From the NCBI GenBank assembly GCA_014905635.1, contig JABVCE010000027.1, positions 186,001-250,000 on the forward strand: a stretch of DNA of 64,000 nucleotides, given 5' to 3'. The DNA comes from Scenedesmus sp. PABB004. Taxonomy: Eukaryota. Positions 33,727-54,135 of the stretch are shown here, one piece after another. The translations under genes and the position numbers were made by a program. Each line of letters starts with the position of its first letter. Position 1 is the first letter of the stretch. Below the pieces are notes generated by a model that saw only the letters and a program-made list of their open reading frames with translations, had not been told where the DNA came from and made no database searches.

Positions 33727-35860
33727 ATGGGGGCCTACCTCTCCACCCCGGTCACAGACAAGGAGGTCTTCGAGGGCGCCGGCGCGTCCATCTCGTATGG
33801 CGGCGGCTCCATGCAGGGCTGGCGGCGCACCATGGAGGACGCGCACATCGCCGAGGTGGGGCTCTCGGGGGACCCCGCCTGCGCCATCTTTGGCGTCTTT
33901 GACGGCCACGGCGGCGCCGAGGTGGCCAAGTTCTGCCAAAAGTACATGGCCCAGGAGATGCAGAAGCACGAGCAGTTCGGGGAGGGCGCGATCGAGGCGT
34001 CCCTCGTGCACGTCTTCCACCGCATGGACGACATGCTGCGCGACCACGCGTACGCGGAGGAGCTGGAGCAGCTGAAGACCAAGGACGAGCTGGACGACGA
34101 GGAGCCCCGGGAGGGCGCCGAGGGCGAGGGCGCCATGTCCATGGACGCGCTGGAGATGATCAAGCGCGTCTTCCAAATCAAGCGCTGGCAGGGCGACGGC
34201 GCGCCCGGCGAGCCCGGCGGCGGCCCGCCCGGCGACGACGGCATGATCGTCGAGCCGCCCGCGCCCGCAGCGGCGGGGCCCGGCGGCGCGCCGCCGGGCG
34301 GCGGCGACGGCGCCGGCGGCGGCGCGCCCGGCGGCGGCGCGCCGTCGCGGCCCGCGGCGATCGAGCCGGCCGACATGCGCGTGCAGGCGGGCTGCACCGC
34401 CGTCGTCGCGGTCAAGTACGGCAGCGAGCTCTTCGTCGCCAACGCCGGCGACTCGCGCGGCGTGCTCTGCCGTGGGGGCCAGGCCGTCGCGCTGAGCGAG
34501 GACCACAAGCCCGCGCAGGAGAGCGAGCGCACGCGCATCCTCAACGCGGGTGAGCCGCGCGGGGGCGCGGCTGCGGCGGCAGCGGCAGCAGCGGCCGCGG
34601 CAACAGCGGCGGCAGCAGCATCAGCAGCCGCAGCAGCAGCAGCATCACCGGCGGCCGGCAGCAGCAGCAGCGGCCGCGGCAGCAGCGGCTGCGGCAGCAG
34701 TGCGGGCTCACCCCCGCCGCCGCCGCGGCGCTGCTGCGCAGGTGGCTTCCTGAGCGAGATCGGCGGCGTGTGCCGCGTCAACGGCAACCTCAACCTCTCG
34801 CGCGCGATCGGGTGCGCGCCCGCGCCCGCGCACGCCGGCCGGCGTGCCGCCGGCCGGCGGGCCGCTCCCCTGGGCCCCTCCCGACCAGACGCGCCCCCTC
34901 CCGGCTGCGCGCCGCCGCCCTGACGCCGCCGCCGCCGCCGCCGCGTCCGCCGCTGCTGCCGCGTGCGTTGCTGCTGCCGCGTGCGTTGCTGCGGCGCGCA
35001 GGGATCTCAAGTACAAGGGCAACCAGGGGCTGCCCGCGGCGGACCAGATCATCACGGCGCAGCCCGACGTGCGCCGCGTGGCGCTGGTGCCGGAGGACAG
35101 CTTCTTCGTCCTCGCCTGCGACGGCGTGTGGGACGTGATGACCAACCAGGTGGGGACCCGGGCGCGCGAGGGACCTCAGAAAAACCCCTAAACCCCGCCG
35201 CCGCCCGTGCCACCGCTGCCGCTGCTGCCGCCGCCGCTGCTGCTGGCTCCTGGCGCCGCTGGCGCGAGCCGCTCACGCGCCGCCCCGCGCCCTCCCCGGC
35301 GCCCTTCCGTCTGCCGCCCCGCCGCGCAGGAGTGCGTCGACTTTATCGCCCAGAAGCTCGAGGCGGGGCTCAAGCCCGCCGACGCGGCGTGCGCGCTGCT
35401 CGACGCGTGCCTCGCGGGCGACCCCAAGTCGGCGCGCGGCGTGGGGTGCGACAACATGACCGCCATCGTCGTCACGCTCGGCGCCCGCGGCCGCGGCCGC
35501 GGCCGCGGCCGCGCCCGGCGGCGGCGCCGCGCCGCCGGCCTGAGGCGCGCGGCGGCGCGGGGCGGAGCGGGGCGGGGCGGGGTGTGCGAGGGGGGGGGGG
35601 GGCTTGCGTGCAGTCGTGCGGCGGGGGGTCGCCCCAGCACCCTGCGCGAGGGCGCCGCGCCGCACGGCACGGGGCGCCCGCCGCGCCGCGCCGCGCGGCG
35701 GCCGGCCCGGGCGCGGGCAGCGGCTGCGCCCGCCCTGGCTGCCGCGCGGCCGGGCCGCGGGCCGCGCGCCGTGCGGCGCCGGCGCCAGGCCCGCGGCGCG
35801 CTGGCTGTGTCGCGTTGGCCCGTCGTCGTCGTGGTTTCATTCGCCCTGCTCAGTGCGTGA
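33727..35860 (+). CDS. Protein phosphatase 2C (PPM1G-like, N-myristoylation motif); true stop may be 35543 if there is a frameshift near 35486
   Basis: [91 protein letters not shown]. Confidence 0.96.
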
Positions 35861-36538
35861 TTCGTGCGCGGTGAGCACGCGCCACGCTCGCCAGCGCCTA
35901 GCGGCCGGGCGGGCGCGCCGGCTGTGCACATCGACCGACCAGGGTGTCCTGCGCGCGTGCGTGCGCGCCAAGCCAGGCGCGGCCGCTGGAGCGCCAGCGG
36001 CCGCGCCGCGGCGGGCGGGCTGTGTCGTTCTGTTCTGTTAGAGAGGGGCGGCGCCGCAGCGGGGCGCGGCGGGCCGCGGGGCGCGCGGGGCGGCGGGCGG
36101 ACGGGCGGGGCCGGGCAGGGCGGCGCCGCGCGCCGCCGGCTCCCACGTTCTATCCACCGCGCCGCGCCTCACCCCTGGGCGCCGCTGCTTCTCCAATCAA
36201 CGCCACGGCCTCCATATCTTCTCTGCGGACCGCGGGAGCCGCTGCCCGCGGGCGCGCACGTGTCCTGGTCGTCGTCGTCGTATATTGCAACGTACTGCAC
36301 ACACACCGGGGGCCGCTCTCTCGGCGCGTCGTAACCGACTGTCGGCGGTTCGGGGCTGTTCGCGAGGCCGGCGGCGCGGCGCGCAGACGGTGCACAGCCG
36401 CCGCCGATCGCTGCCAGAGGCGCCGACCGGGCTCTCCGGTGGGCTCTCTCCACCCGAACCACCCGACCAGCACCGCCCCTGCGCCGACCGCGGCAGGCCT
36501 GCGCGGCGGCGGAGCGGCAGCAGCAGCGGCGAGCGCCG

Positions 36539-38496
36539 ATGGCGGCGGTCGCGGCGCCGCCCTCCCCAGGCTCTGCGCGCGCGGAGGCGGAGCCACAGAC
36601 CATCACCAGTCGCGTGCACGCGCGCGTGGGGCTGCTGGGCAACCCCAGCGACGGCTTTTTTGGAATGACCATCTCGTTCTCGCTCGCAAACTTCTGGGCC
36701 GAGGTGCGCCGCCCGGGCCCTGCGCGCCCGCCCAGGCCCGCAGCGTGCCTGGCGCTGGCCGCAGTCACCGCCGCAACACTTGCCGCCGCAACCGCCGGCC
36801 GCTGCTCGCGCGGCGCGCGGCGCGCGGCGCGCAGGTCACGCTCGCGCCGGCGACGGGCGTGCACTTCCGGCCGCACCCCGAGCACGACGCCTGTGAGTTC
36901 GCCTCGCTCGGCGCGCTGGCGGCACGTGTGGAGGCGCAGGGCTACTACGGCGGCGTCCGGCTGCTCATGGTGCGGCGAGCCTGGCGCGCGGCGTGCGCGC
37001 GGCGCCGGCGCAGCGCCGCTGCTGCCCGCAGCCGCGCCTGGCGCGTGCAGCGCAGCCCACCAGCCAGCCCTCGCCCGCCCGGCGCCGCGGCCGAGCCCCC
37101 GCCCGCTGTGCGCCGCCCACGCCGCGCCCGCCGCGGCGCGCAGGCCATCTGCAAGCGGTTCCACGAGCACTGCGCGGCGCGGGGGCACGCGCTGCCGGAC
37201 CGCGGCTGCGCGCTCAGCTACGACACCAACATCCCGCGCCAGGCGGGGCTCTCGGGCTCGTCCGCCATCATCACCGCGGGTGCGGCGCGCCGCCGGCGCC
37301 ACGCCGCTCGCGCGCTGCGCTTTGCGTCGGCGTCCCGCCCGCGCTCACGCCCAGCCGCGCGCATGCGCGCGCGCGGCGCAGGCCTGAACTGCCTGCTGGC
37401 GCACTATCGCGTGCCGGACCACGTCCTGCCGGTCAGCGAGCGCCCGTCGCTCGTGCTGTCGGCCGAGGCCGAGCTCGGCATCACCGCGGGCTTGCAGGAC
37501 AGGGTCATACAGGCGCGGTGTCCCGCGCGCTGCGCGCCGCGGCGGCGGCGCCAGCTGCGCGCCGGCGCGCGCGGGCGCCCGGCGCGCGGCGCGGCGGGCG
37601 CGTCCGCGGCGCGCTGGCCGACCCACGGGCGGCCCGCGGCGCGTGCGCCCCCCGCGCGGCGGCGCAGGTGTACGGCGGCTGCGTGTACATGGATTTTGAG
37701 CGCGGCCACATGGAGGCGGCCGGGCGGGGGCAGTACGAGTCGCTGGACCCGGGCCTGCTGCCGCGGCTGTGGCTCGTGTGGTGCGACAACCCGAGCGACA
37801 GCGGGCGCGTGCACAGCACGGTGAAGCAGCGCTGGCTCGCGGGCGAGCCGGGCGTGCGCGCGGGCATGGAGGACGTCGCGGCGTGCGCGGCGGCGGGCAG
37901 GTGCGGGCGGCGCACACGCGGGGCTGGGCCAGCCGCCCGCCGCCGCCCCGGGCGGCGGCCCACGCGCGCCCGCACACACTGGTCGCGCGCAGGGCCGCGC
38001 TGCTGGCGGGCGACACCGCCGAGCTGGCGCGGCTGATGGACCGGAACTTTGACCTGCGCAGGTGCAGCCTGCGGCGCCGCGCGGGCGCGGGCGTGGCGGC
38101 GCCGCCGCCGCCGCGCCCGCGCCCCTTCTCACGCGCCCGCGCACGCGCGCCCGCGCCGCGCGCGCAGGCAGATGTTTGGCGACGCCGCGCTGGGCGCGAC
38201 AAACCTGGCCATGATCGAAACGGCGCGCCGCGTGGGCGCGGCGGCCAAGTTCACGGGCAGCGGCGGCGCGGTCGTGGCGCTGTGCCCGGGCGGGGAGGCG
38301 CAGGAGCGCGCGCTGCAAGGTGCGCAGGGGGTCGCCGGCGGGGCAGCGGCGCGGAGCCGCCGCGCGGCCGCCCGGCGCGCCGCCGACTGACGGCCCGCCC
38401 GCCCGCGTCCCGCGCGCAGACGCGTGCGCAGCTGCCGGCTTCCAGTGCGTCGTCGCACGCGTCGCGCCGCCGCTGCACACCGCTGCGCCCGGCTGA
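36539..38496 (+). CDS. GlcAK: Glucuronokinase (GHMP kinase family); 8 exons
   Basis: HARVGLLGNPSDGF, GYYGGVRLL, YDTNIPRQAGLSGSSAI, ELGITAGLQDRVIQ|VYGG, PSDSGRVHSTVKQRW, AAKFTGSGGAVV. Confidence 0.95.
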
Positions 38497-38734
38497 GCCA
38501 GGGCTTAGGCACGCTTGTGGCGCAGCGTGGGAGCGGGCCGCGCCAATAACCGCGTGCCCCCCAGCGTGCCCCTAGTGCACTCGCCTCCTGCTCAGCGCCC
38601 GCCACCGACGCTCAGCGGCCGGCGACGACTGCGCCAGCCGCCGCGCCGCCGCCGCACTCGCAGCGCCGCGCTGCGGCTCCGCGGCAGCGCGTTGTCAGGC
38701 CGCTCGCACCGCCGCGCAGCCAGCGCGCGCCGCC

Positions 38735-39288
38735 ATGGGCTCAGACAGCGGCGACGAGCCCGGCGGCGAGCAGCCGGGCGCGCCACCCAAGCGCAAGCTG
38801 CACCAGCTCAAGCCGCGGATGCGGAAGAAGCTGAAGTCCACTACCGCTGTCACGAGCCCGGCTGAGTTGCCGGCCGACGAGCGGGCGCGGCGGCAGGAGC
38901 AGAAGCGGCGGCGGGTGCGGCGCCCGGCGCCGCCGCAGCGGCTGCGGGGCCCCGGCGCGCCATCGTGACCGGCGCGTCGAAACGCTGGGGACGCGCTGAG
39001 TTTCGTGGCCGGCGCTCGGAGACGGCAGGCCGCGCCTGCACGCCGTGCCGCCGGGCGCCGCTGCTGCGACGCGCCGCCGCCCGCCCGCTGCGCAGGAGCT
39101 CGCGCTCAAGCTGCGCGCCGAGGGGCGCGACTACGACCCCAAGGTCTTCAAGGCCAAGAAAAAGCAGGGCGGCGGCGCCGGCGCCGGCGGCGGCGACGCC
39201 AAGGGCGGCAAGGCGGCCAAGGCCAAGGTCAAGATCAAGTCCGGCCAGCGCGGCAGGGCGCCCTACCAGGTGCGCGCTGGGGCGGCCG

Positions 39289-39319
<31 letters not shown>

Positions 39320-40525
39320 CAGGAGTAGCAGCGGCGCCTTGGCGCCGCGGTGCCGCGCGGTGCTGGCCCGCGGCCGCGACGCGGCCACCGCCGCGCCGCG
39401 CCGCGCCGCAGGTGATCGTGCTGCCGATCGCGTGGCACCAGCGCAAGGAGGAGTCGGCGCGCGTGCTCGCGGCGGCGGAGAAGGCGGCCGGCCTGCTCGC
39501 GGCGGCGGGGCTCACCGCGCGCATCGACGACGGCGACAAGTTCACGCCCGGGCAGAAGATGAAGTACTGGTGAGCGCCGGCGTGAGAATTCAAATCACGC
39601 GGCGTCCGGGAGCCCACGGGCGTTTGAGCGCAGCTCAATCCGCCGCCACCGCCGCCGCCGCCACCGCGCGCGCGTTGATTGCTGCCGCCGCAGGGAGCTG
39701 CGCGGCGTGCGCGTGCGGCTGGAGATCGGGCCCAAGGAGAGCCTCGCCGGCAACGCGGTGCTCGCGGTCGCGTCCGGCGCGGCGGGGGAGGTCGCGCGCA
39801 AGAGCAGCGTCAAGGTCATGGAGCCGCAGCTCAGCGCGCGCGTCAAGGCGGCGCTGCGCGAGCTCGGCGCGCTGCCGGCCGACGGCGACGGCGGCGGCGG
39901 CGCGCCGGCCGCGCCAGCCGCGGCGGCGGCGGACGAGGGCGGCGCGCAGCAGCAGCAGCAGCAGCCCAAGAAGCAGAAGAAGCGCAAGGCGGCGCCCAGC
40001 GGCGAGCAGGGGGCGGAGGAGGCACAGCCGGAGGCGGCGCCGGCGGGGCCACAGGGCGAGCAGCCGCGCAAGAAGAAAAAGGTGCAGGAGCGGGCCGCCG
40101 CCGCCAGCGGCGCCGGCGAGGAGGAGGACGCCGCGGCCAAGGCTGAGCGGCGGCGGGCGCGGAAGGAGGCGCTCAAGGCGCAGCTGGCGGGGCTGGCGGA
40201 CGAGGCGGCCGTCGCGGACGCCGTCGTCGCCGGCCATGGCGCCGGCGGCGGCGGCGGCGGCGGCGCGGCCGCCGCGCCTGCGGCTAGGCCGGCGAAGCAG
40301 GCCGCCAAGCCCGCCGCGCCGCTCGCGTCCGGCGACGCGCTGGAGGACGACTTTGTTTTTGCGCCAGCGGCCGACGCGCGCGGCGGCGGCGGCAAGAAAA
40401 AGGGCGGCAAGCCCGCGCGCGGCGCGGCCAGCGCAGACGGCGGCGACGGCGTGCTCAGCGTGGCGGCCGCCGCGGCGCCGGGGGCGAAGAACAAGCGCAA
40501 GGCTCCCAAGGTCGTCAAGTTCTGA
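38735..40525 (+). CDS. Lys-rich protein with an isolated class IIa (ProRS-type) anticodon-binding domain; 4 exons
   Basis: APYQ|VIVLPI...[37 protein letters not shown] mirrors the ProRS anticodon-binding domain; no catalytic domain; basic termini ending [12 protein letters not shown]. Confidence 0.8.
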
Positions 40526-40767
40526 TTGAGCGGCAGCACCGGGGCTTTGTGAGGCGCGAGGTGGGGCTTGGAGCAGCGGAACCGCGAGCACGCTGGTGTG
40601 ACGCAGCGGGCTGCCACCGCGACGCCACTCCCCAGCTCGACCGCGTCCGCTCTGGGCTGAGACAGCGCCGCCACCAGCGAGCCCGCCGCACCAACAGCAC
40701 ACGCCGGCAGCGGCAGCGGCAGCGGCGCAGCAGCGGCGGCGCCGCTGCTGCGCGCCCCGCGCGCATC

Positions 40768-49448
<8,681 letters not shown>

Positions 49449-49583
49449 GGGGGCGGCGGCGGGCTGGGGCCCATTGATTCCTTCCGCAGGGCTGCCGGCT
49501 GCCAGCTGAGAGTGCTGTGCTGCTCTCCTGTGGCTGTGTGATTTCGTGCGCAGCAGCACGTGCGCTGGGGCCGCTGGCTGGGT

Positions 49584-49702
49584 GCGCCGCTGGGGGCACG
49601 CGCGCCGCCGGCGGCGGCGAGGCTGCCAGCCTCGGCTGGTGGTGCAGCGCGGGGAGGGCGAGCGCGGGCACAGAACAGGCTGCCGTGCGTGGTGCTGGGG
49701 CC
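49584..49702 (+). repeat. Left copy of ~120-bp inverted repeat flanking fibrillarin
   Basis: 49653-49702 matches the reverse complement of 51763-51815 (1 mismatch, one 3-nt indel); 49584-49617 matches the reverse complement of 51845-51878 (4 mismatches). Confidence 0.88.
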
Positions 49703-49967
49703 AGCCACAGCTCACCAGGACCGGCGCGGCAGCAGCGGAGCGCCCGCGCCGGCCGTGCGCGGACCCGTGTCAGTGACAGCGGGGGCGGCGGCTGCTGCCG
49801 CCGCGGCCTGGCCCCAGGCGCGGCCTGGCCCGCAGCGCCAGATCAGGGCCCTCCGCTCCACCTCCTGCCAGTCGCGCCAACTGCTGGGCCCGCACAGCGC
49901 GCGTGCACGCCGCAGCAGCCCGCGACAGCAGCCGGCGGCCTCGCGCCGGGGGCGCCAGCGCTCCGCC

Positions 49968-51409
49968 ATGGGCTTCGGCGACAGAGGCGGCGGCCGGGGC
50001 GGTCGCGGCGGCGGCCGTGGCGGCTTTGGCGGCCGCGGGGCGGCCGCGGCGGTGGCTTCGGCGGTGGCCGGGGCGGGGGCCGCGGTGGCTTCGGTGGCGG
50101 CCGCGGTGGCGACCGCGGGCGCGGCCGTGGGCGCGGGGGCGGCCGCGGCGGCGTGATGAAGCGGGGCGGCATGAAGGGCGGCGCCAAGGTGCTGGTGGAA
50201 GCGCATCGCCACGAGGGCGTCTTCATCGCGCGCGGCAAGGAGGACTCGCTCGTCACGCGCAACCTGGTGCCCGGCGTCAGCGTGTACGGCGAGAAGCGCA
50301 TCAGCACGGAGGTCGCGGAGAACGAGAAGGTCGAGTATCGCGTGTGGAATCCCTTCCGCAGCAAGCTGGCAGCGGCCATCCTGGCGGGCCTGGACAACAT
50401 CTACATCAAGCCCGGTGAGCGCCCCCCGACCCCCCGCACCCCTCGCGCCCGGCGCAGGGCCGCCGCGCGGCGCGGCGCGCCCGGCGCGGCGCCCGGCGGC
50501 TGGGCAGCAGCGGCGCCGCCGCGCCGCCCGACGCCGCCATCCCCGCCGCGCGCCGCCCCAGGCTCCAAGCTCCTCTACCTCGGCGGCGCGAGCGGCACGT
50601 CGGTGAGCCACTGCAGCGACCTGGTCGGCCCGGAGGGCGCGGTGTATGCGGTCGAGTTCAGCCACCGCAGCGGGCGCGACCTCGTCAACATGGCCAAGCA
50701 GCGGCCCAACGTCATCCCCATTATTGAGGACGCGCGGCACCCCCAGAAGTACCGCATGCTCGTGCCCATGGTCGACGTGGTCTTTGCCGACGTCGCGCAG
50801 CCCGACCAGGCGCGCATCGTGGGCCTCAACGCGCAGGTGCGGCGGCGGCGGCGGCGTGTAGCGCCGGCCGGCGGCGCGCGCGCGCGCCGGCGGCGCGCGC
50901 GGCGCCGGCGGCGCCCGCTGCTGCGCGGCGCGGCTGGGCGCGGGGCAGCGCCGGCGCCCCCGCGCCGCGCGCTCGCTCCTGCCGCTGCCGAGGCCCCGCG
51001 CGCCGCTCACCGGTCCCGCACCCGCGCCGCCGCGCCGCATGCCGATGATGACCTGCCTGCAGTACTTCCTGAAGAACGGCGGTCACTACGTGATCTCGAT
51101 CAAGGCCTCCTGCATCGACTCGACCGCGCAGCCGGAGGCCGTGTTTGCGCGCGAGGTGAAGAAGCTGCAGGAGATGCAGCTCAAGCCCCGCGAGCAGGTG
51201 GGCGGGATCGGGGCCCGGCGACGGCGACGACGGCGACGCGCACGCGGCGGCTGCGCGGGCGCTGCGTGAGAGCTGCGCAGCGGCGCTGCGCGCCGCCCTC
51301 ACTCGCACGCGCGCCCGCGCGTGTGGCGCGCCAGGTGACGCTGGAGCCGTACGAGCGCGACCACGCGATGGTGGTCGGCACCTACCGCCCGCCGCCCAAG
51401 AAGGCGTGA
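49968..51409 (+). CDS. FBL: Fibrillarin / NOP1 rRNA 2'-O-methyltransferase; 4 exons, apparent frameshift near 50040 in the GAR domain
   Basis: RGG-rich N-terminus; [82 protein letters not shown]. Confidence 0.98.
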
Positions 51410-51762
51410 GGAGGCTGCTGGTCGGCGTCGGAGTCGGGGGGCGGGGTGGGAGCAGGGCGTCGGGAGGTCTTGGCTGGCGGCGGCGCCGGCCAGCCGCGAC
51501 GCGCGCGCGGCAATGCATGTGCGGGGACGGGCGCTGCGCTCTGTGTGGGGCGCGTGGAACGATGGGGGGCGCGGCCCGGCCGCGCCCAGGATGCCGCGCC
51601 GCGCCGCGCCGGGGGTCGGGCGGCGGCGGGGTGCTGCGTGGCCCCGCGCCCTTGGACGGCGAGCTAGCGATTGTACACCAACAGCCGTGCGGCGGGGGGC
51701 GGTGCTCGGGCTGCCCGCGCGGCGCGTGTGACACGGCGACGGAGCTGCGGAGGGCTGCAAAC

Positions 51763-51878
51763 GGCCCCAGCAGCACCACGCACGGCAGCCTGTTCTGTTC
51801 CCGCGCTCGCCCTCCTGCCACGCCGTCGAGCCGTCGAGTCAGTCCCGCAGCCGGCGCCGCACGTCCCCCCAGCGGCGC
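51763..51878 (-). repeat. Right copy of ~120-bp inverted repeat flanking fibrillarin
   Basis: Reverse complement of 49584-49702; both copies give the peptide STTHGSLFC(A/S)RARPP in the ORF track. Confidence 0.88.
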
Positions 51879-52472
51879 CGCGCCACCCTCAGCCCCTCAG
51901 CCACCAACAATAAGGATTGCGAGTGCGCGCCGGGTGCCCCACGTCCGGTCGGGCTCGGACGCGCAAGCGCATGCGCTGCCGCCACAAATCACAAGCCAGA
52001 GCAGCGCTGCACACGCCACTCCTGGGAGAGCTGGCAGCCAGCGGCGGCGCCCGGCAGGCGGGGCAGCTCCGAGCGCGCGCCCGCCCGGCGCGCGGCCGGG
52101 GGGAGCGGCCCGCGCAGCGCGGTGGCGGCGCGTGCCCGCGTCGTGTGGGCAGGCCCAGTGCCGCCCACGATCGCGGCGCCGGCGAGGGCGTGTGGCTGCA
52201 GCGCCCTCGTCGTCGGCGCGTCCGGCTGCCCCGCAGCAGCAACAGCAGTGCCCGCGGCGCGCAGCCCCTGCCGCGAGCCCAGCCTGCCAAGCAATGAGAC
52301 CGCCGCCTCACCCCCTCCCCTCCCCTCCCCCGGCGCCCGCCCGCCGCCCTTGCATGCCCGCAAGGTGCGCGTCACGCCGCCGCCCGGGTGTGCGTCAGGA
52401 GTCTGTCTGTCAGTTCCCCGCCGCCCGCGCGCGCGGGCACGCGCGCGCGCCGCCGGCGCCGGCGCCGCCGCC

Positions 52473-53594
52473 TCACAGCGGCGGGCCGAGCCACTCGGGC
52501 GGGCGCTCCCACTGCGTGGTGTTGGTGTTGTGGTTGTGGTAGTACGTCTCGCCCGTGTCCTGCGTGCGGTACGCGACCCAGCCGTTCGGCCCCGTGACCG
52601 GGTAGCCCTGCCGCGCGTACGGGTTGTCCCCGGGGCCGCGCGCCGCCGCCGGCGCGGCGCCGCCGCCGCCGTAGCCGCCGCCGCCGCCGTAGGGGTCCGG
52701 CCCGCCGCCGCCGCCGTAGCCGGCGCCGGGGGCGCCGCCGTAGCCGGCGGGCTCGCCGTAGCCGCCGCCGCCACCGTAGCCGTAGTCGTCGTAGCCCTGC
52801 GCGCGGCGGGGCGGCGGCGCGCGGCGGCGCTGGGCGCGGGCGGCGCGCGCGGCGCGGCGGGCGCGGCTGCTGCTGCGCCCCCCGCGCCGGCCGGGGCCAG
52901 GGCGGGCGGGGCGCCCGCGCGCATGCATGCGCGGCGCCCCCGCTGGCCGCGCAGCGTGGCGCGCGCAGCCCCCGTTGCGCGGCTGCTCGCGGGCGCCGGC
53001 GGCGGCGGTCGCGCGCGGCCGCGCCGGCCGGCCGCCGCCGCCGCTCCGCGGCACCGCCGCGGCCGGTCGCTGCGAGGTGCCATGTGGCACCGCGCCGGGG
53101 AGATGCACGCGGCACCGCACGGCGATCGGCCGCGGCGGCGGCGCCGCTGCGGCTGCGGCGGCGCGGCGCGCGCAGCGGCGGCGCACCCGGCCGCGGCCGC
53201 CGTAGCCGCCCATGCCGCGCCCGGGGAAGCCGCCGCGCCCGCCCGCCGGCGCGCCGAAGCCGCCGCCGCCGCGGCCGCCGTAGCTGTCGCGGGGCGGCAG
53301 GGAGCGCAGCTCCTGCTCGCCGTGGGCAAAGTTGCAGCGATCCCCGAACCGGCAGTCCCCGCTCATCCAGCGCGTGCACAGCTTCGTCTGCGGGCGGAGG
53401 AACGCGGTCTCGGCGCCGTGTGCCCGGTCCGGGGGGGCCCGCGGCCCCCCGACCGCCCGGGGCGCGGTGGTTGGCCGACAACGCACCTTGGCGTTCTCCG
53501 CCGTGCCCCTGAAGCCCCGCCCCGGCCCGGGCGGCCGCCCCCGGCCGCCGTTGTCGAAGGACGCGCCCCGCTCGCTAGGAAAGGCCCCGTCCAT
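52473..53594 (-). CDS. CCCH zinc-finger plus Gly/Tyr-rich region plus WW-domain protein; 3 exons
   Basis: AK|TKLCTRWMSGDCRFGDRCNFAHGEQELR (C-x7-C-x5-C-x3-H); RGG and YGGG repeats; GWVAYRTQDTGETYYHNHNTNTTQWERP (WW domain). Confidence 0.9.
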   Translation of the reverse strand: MDGAFPSERGASFDNGGRGRPPGPGRGFRGTAENAKVRCRPTTAPRAVGGPRAPPDRAHGAETAFLRPQTKLCTRWMSGDCRFGDRCNFAHGEQELRSLPPRDSYGGRGGGGFGAPAGGRGGFPGRGMGGYGGRGRVRRRCARRAAAAAAAPPPRPIAVRCRVHLPGAVPHGTSQRPAAAVPRSGGGGRPARPRATAAAGAREQPRNGGCARHAARPAGAPRMHARGRPARPGPGRRGGRSSSRARRAARAARAQRRRAPPPRRAQGYDDYGYGGGGGYGEPAGYGGAPGAGYGGGGGPDPYGGGGGYGGGGAAPAAARGPGDNPYARQGYPVTGPNGWVAYRTQDTGETYYHNHNTNTTQWERPPEWLGPPL

Positions 53595-54135
53595 GGCGCC
53601 GCGGGCGCGGGGGGCGCCGCGATGCGCGCGCTACTGCTCCCGCCTGCGCCGCCGCAGCGACCGACCTGCCGGCCCGCCGGTGCGCCGACGGATCCCGATC
53701 GACCCCCTCGTCGCCCCGCGCCGCGCCGGCCGGGCGGCCCTAGGCGCCGCACAGCGGCGCCGCGTCCCGGCGCGATCCTCGAGGGAGCGGTGTCTAAGAG
53801 CGGCTCGGGCGACCCGGAGGCGCTGCTAGGATCTATGCCGGCCCGGGGCGCGCCGCGCGACCGTGGGGGCGGCGCGCCGGCGCCGGGAGAGCCCGAGGGC
53901 TCCGCGCCAGCAAGCCCCGGCGTCTCGGGCACACAGCCAGCCGAGCGCCCGCGCAGAGCGCCGCCAGCTCCGACCCGGGCGACCGGCGCACCAGCCGGCG
54001 GCCAGGGACCGGGCGTCCGGCGCTGCGGCGGCGGGGCCCGCGCACGCGCGCCTGCGAGAGCCGCCGCGGCGCGCGCCGCTGTCGCCGCGCGGCCGCCCTC
54101 TCGCCCCCGCACGGCGCCAGCCCCGCGGTCCCGCC

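Noticed and set aside
36150..36400. Possible small minus-strand exon (…VQYVAIYDDDDQDTC…) between PP2C and GlcAK
   Set aside because: No convincing start or splice sites, atypical codon usage, no recognisable domain.
51041..51062. Box C-like ATGATGA in a fibrillarin intron (intronic snoRNA?)
   Set aside because: It lies ~15 nt from the acceptor with no downstream box D; it is more simply a branch-point region.
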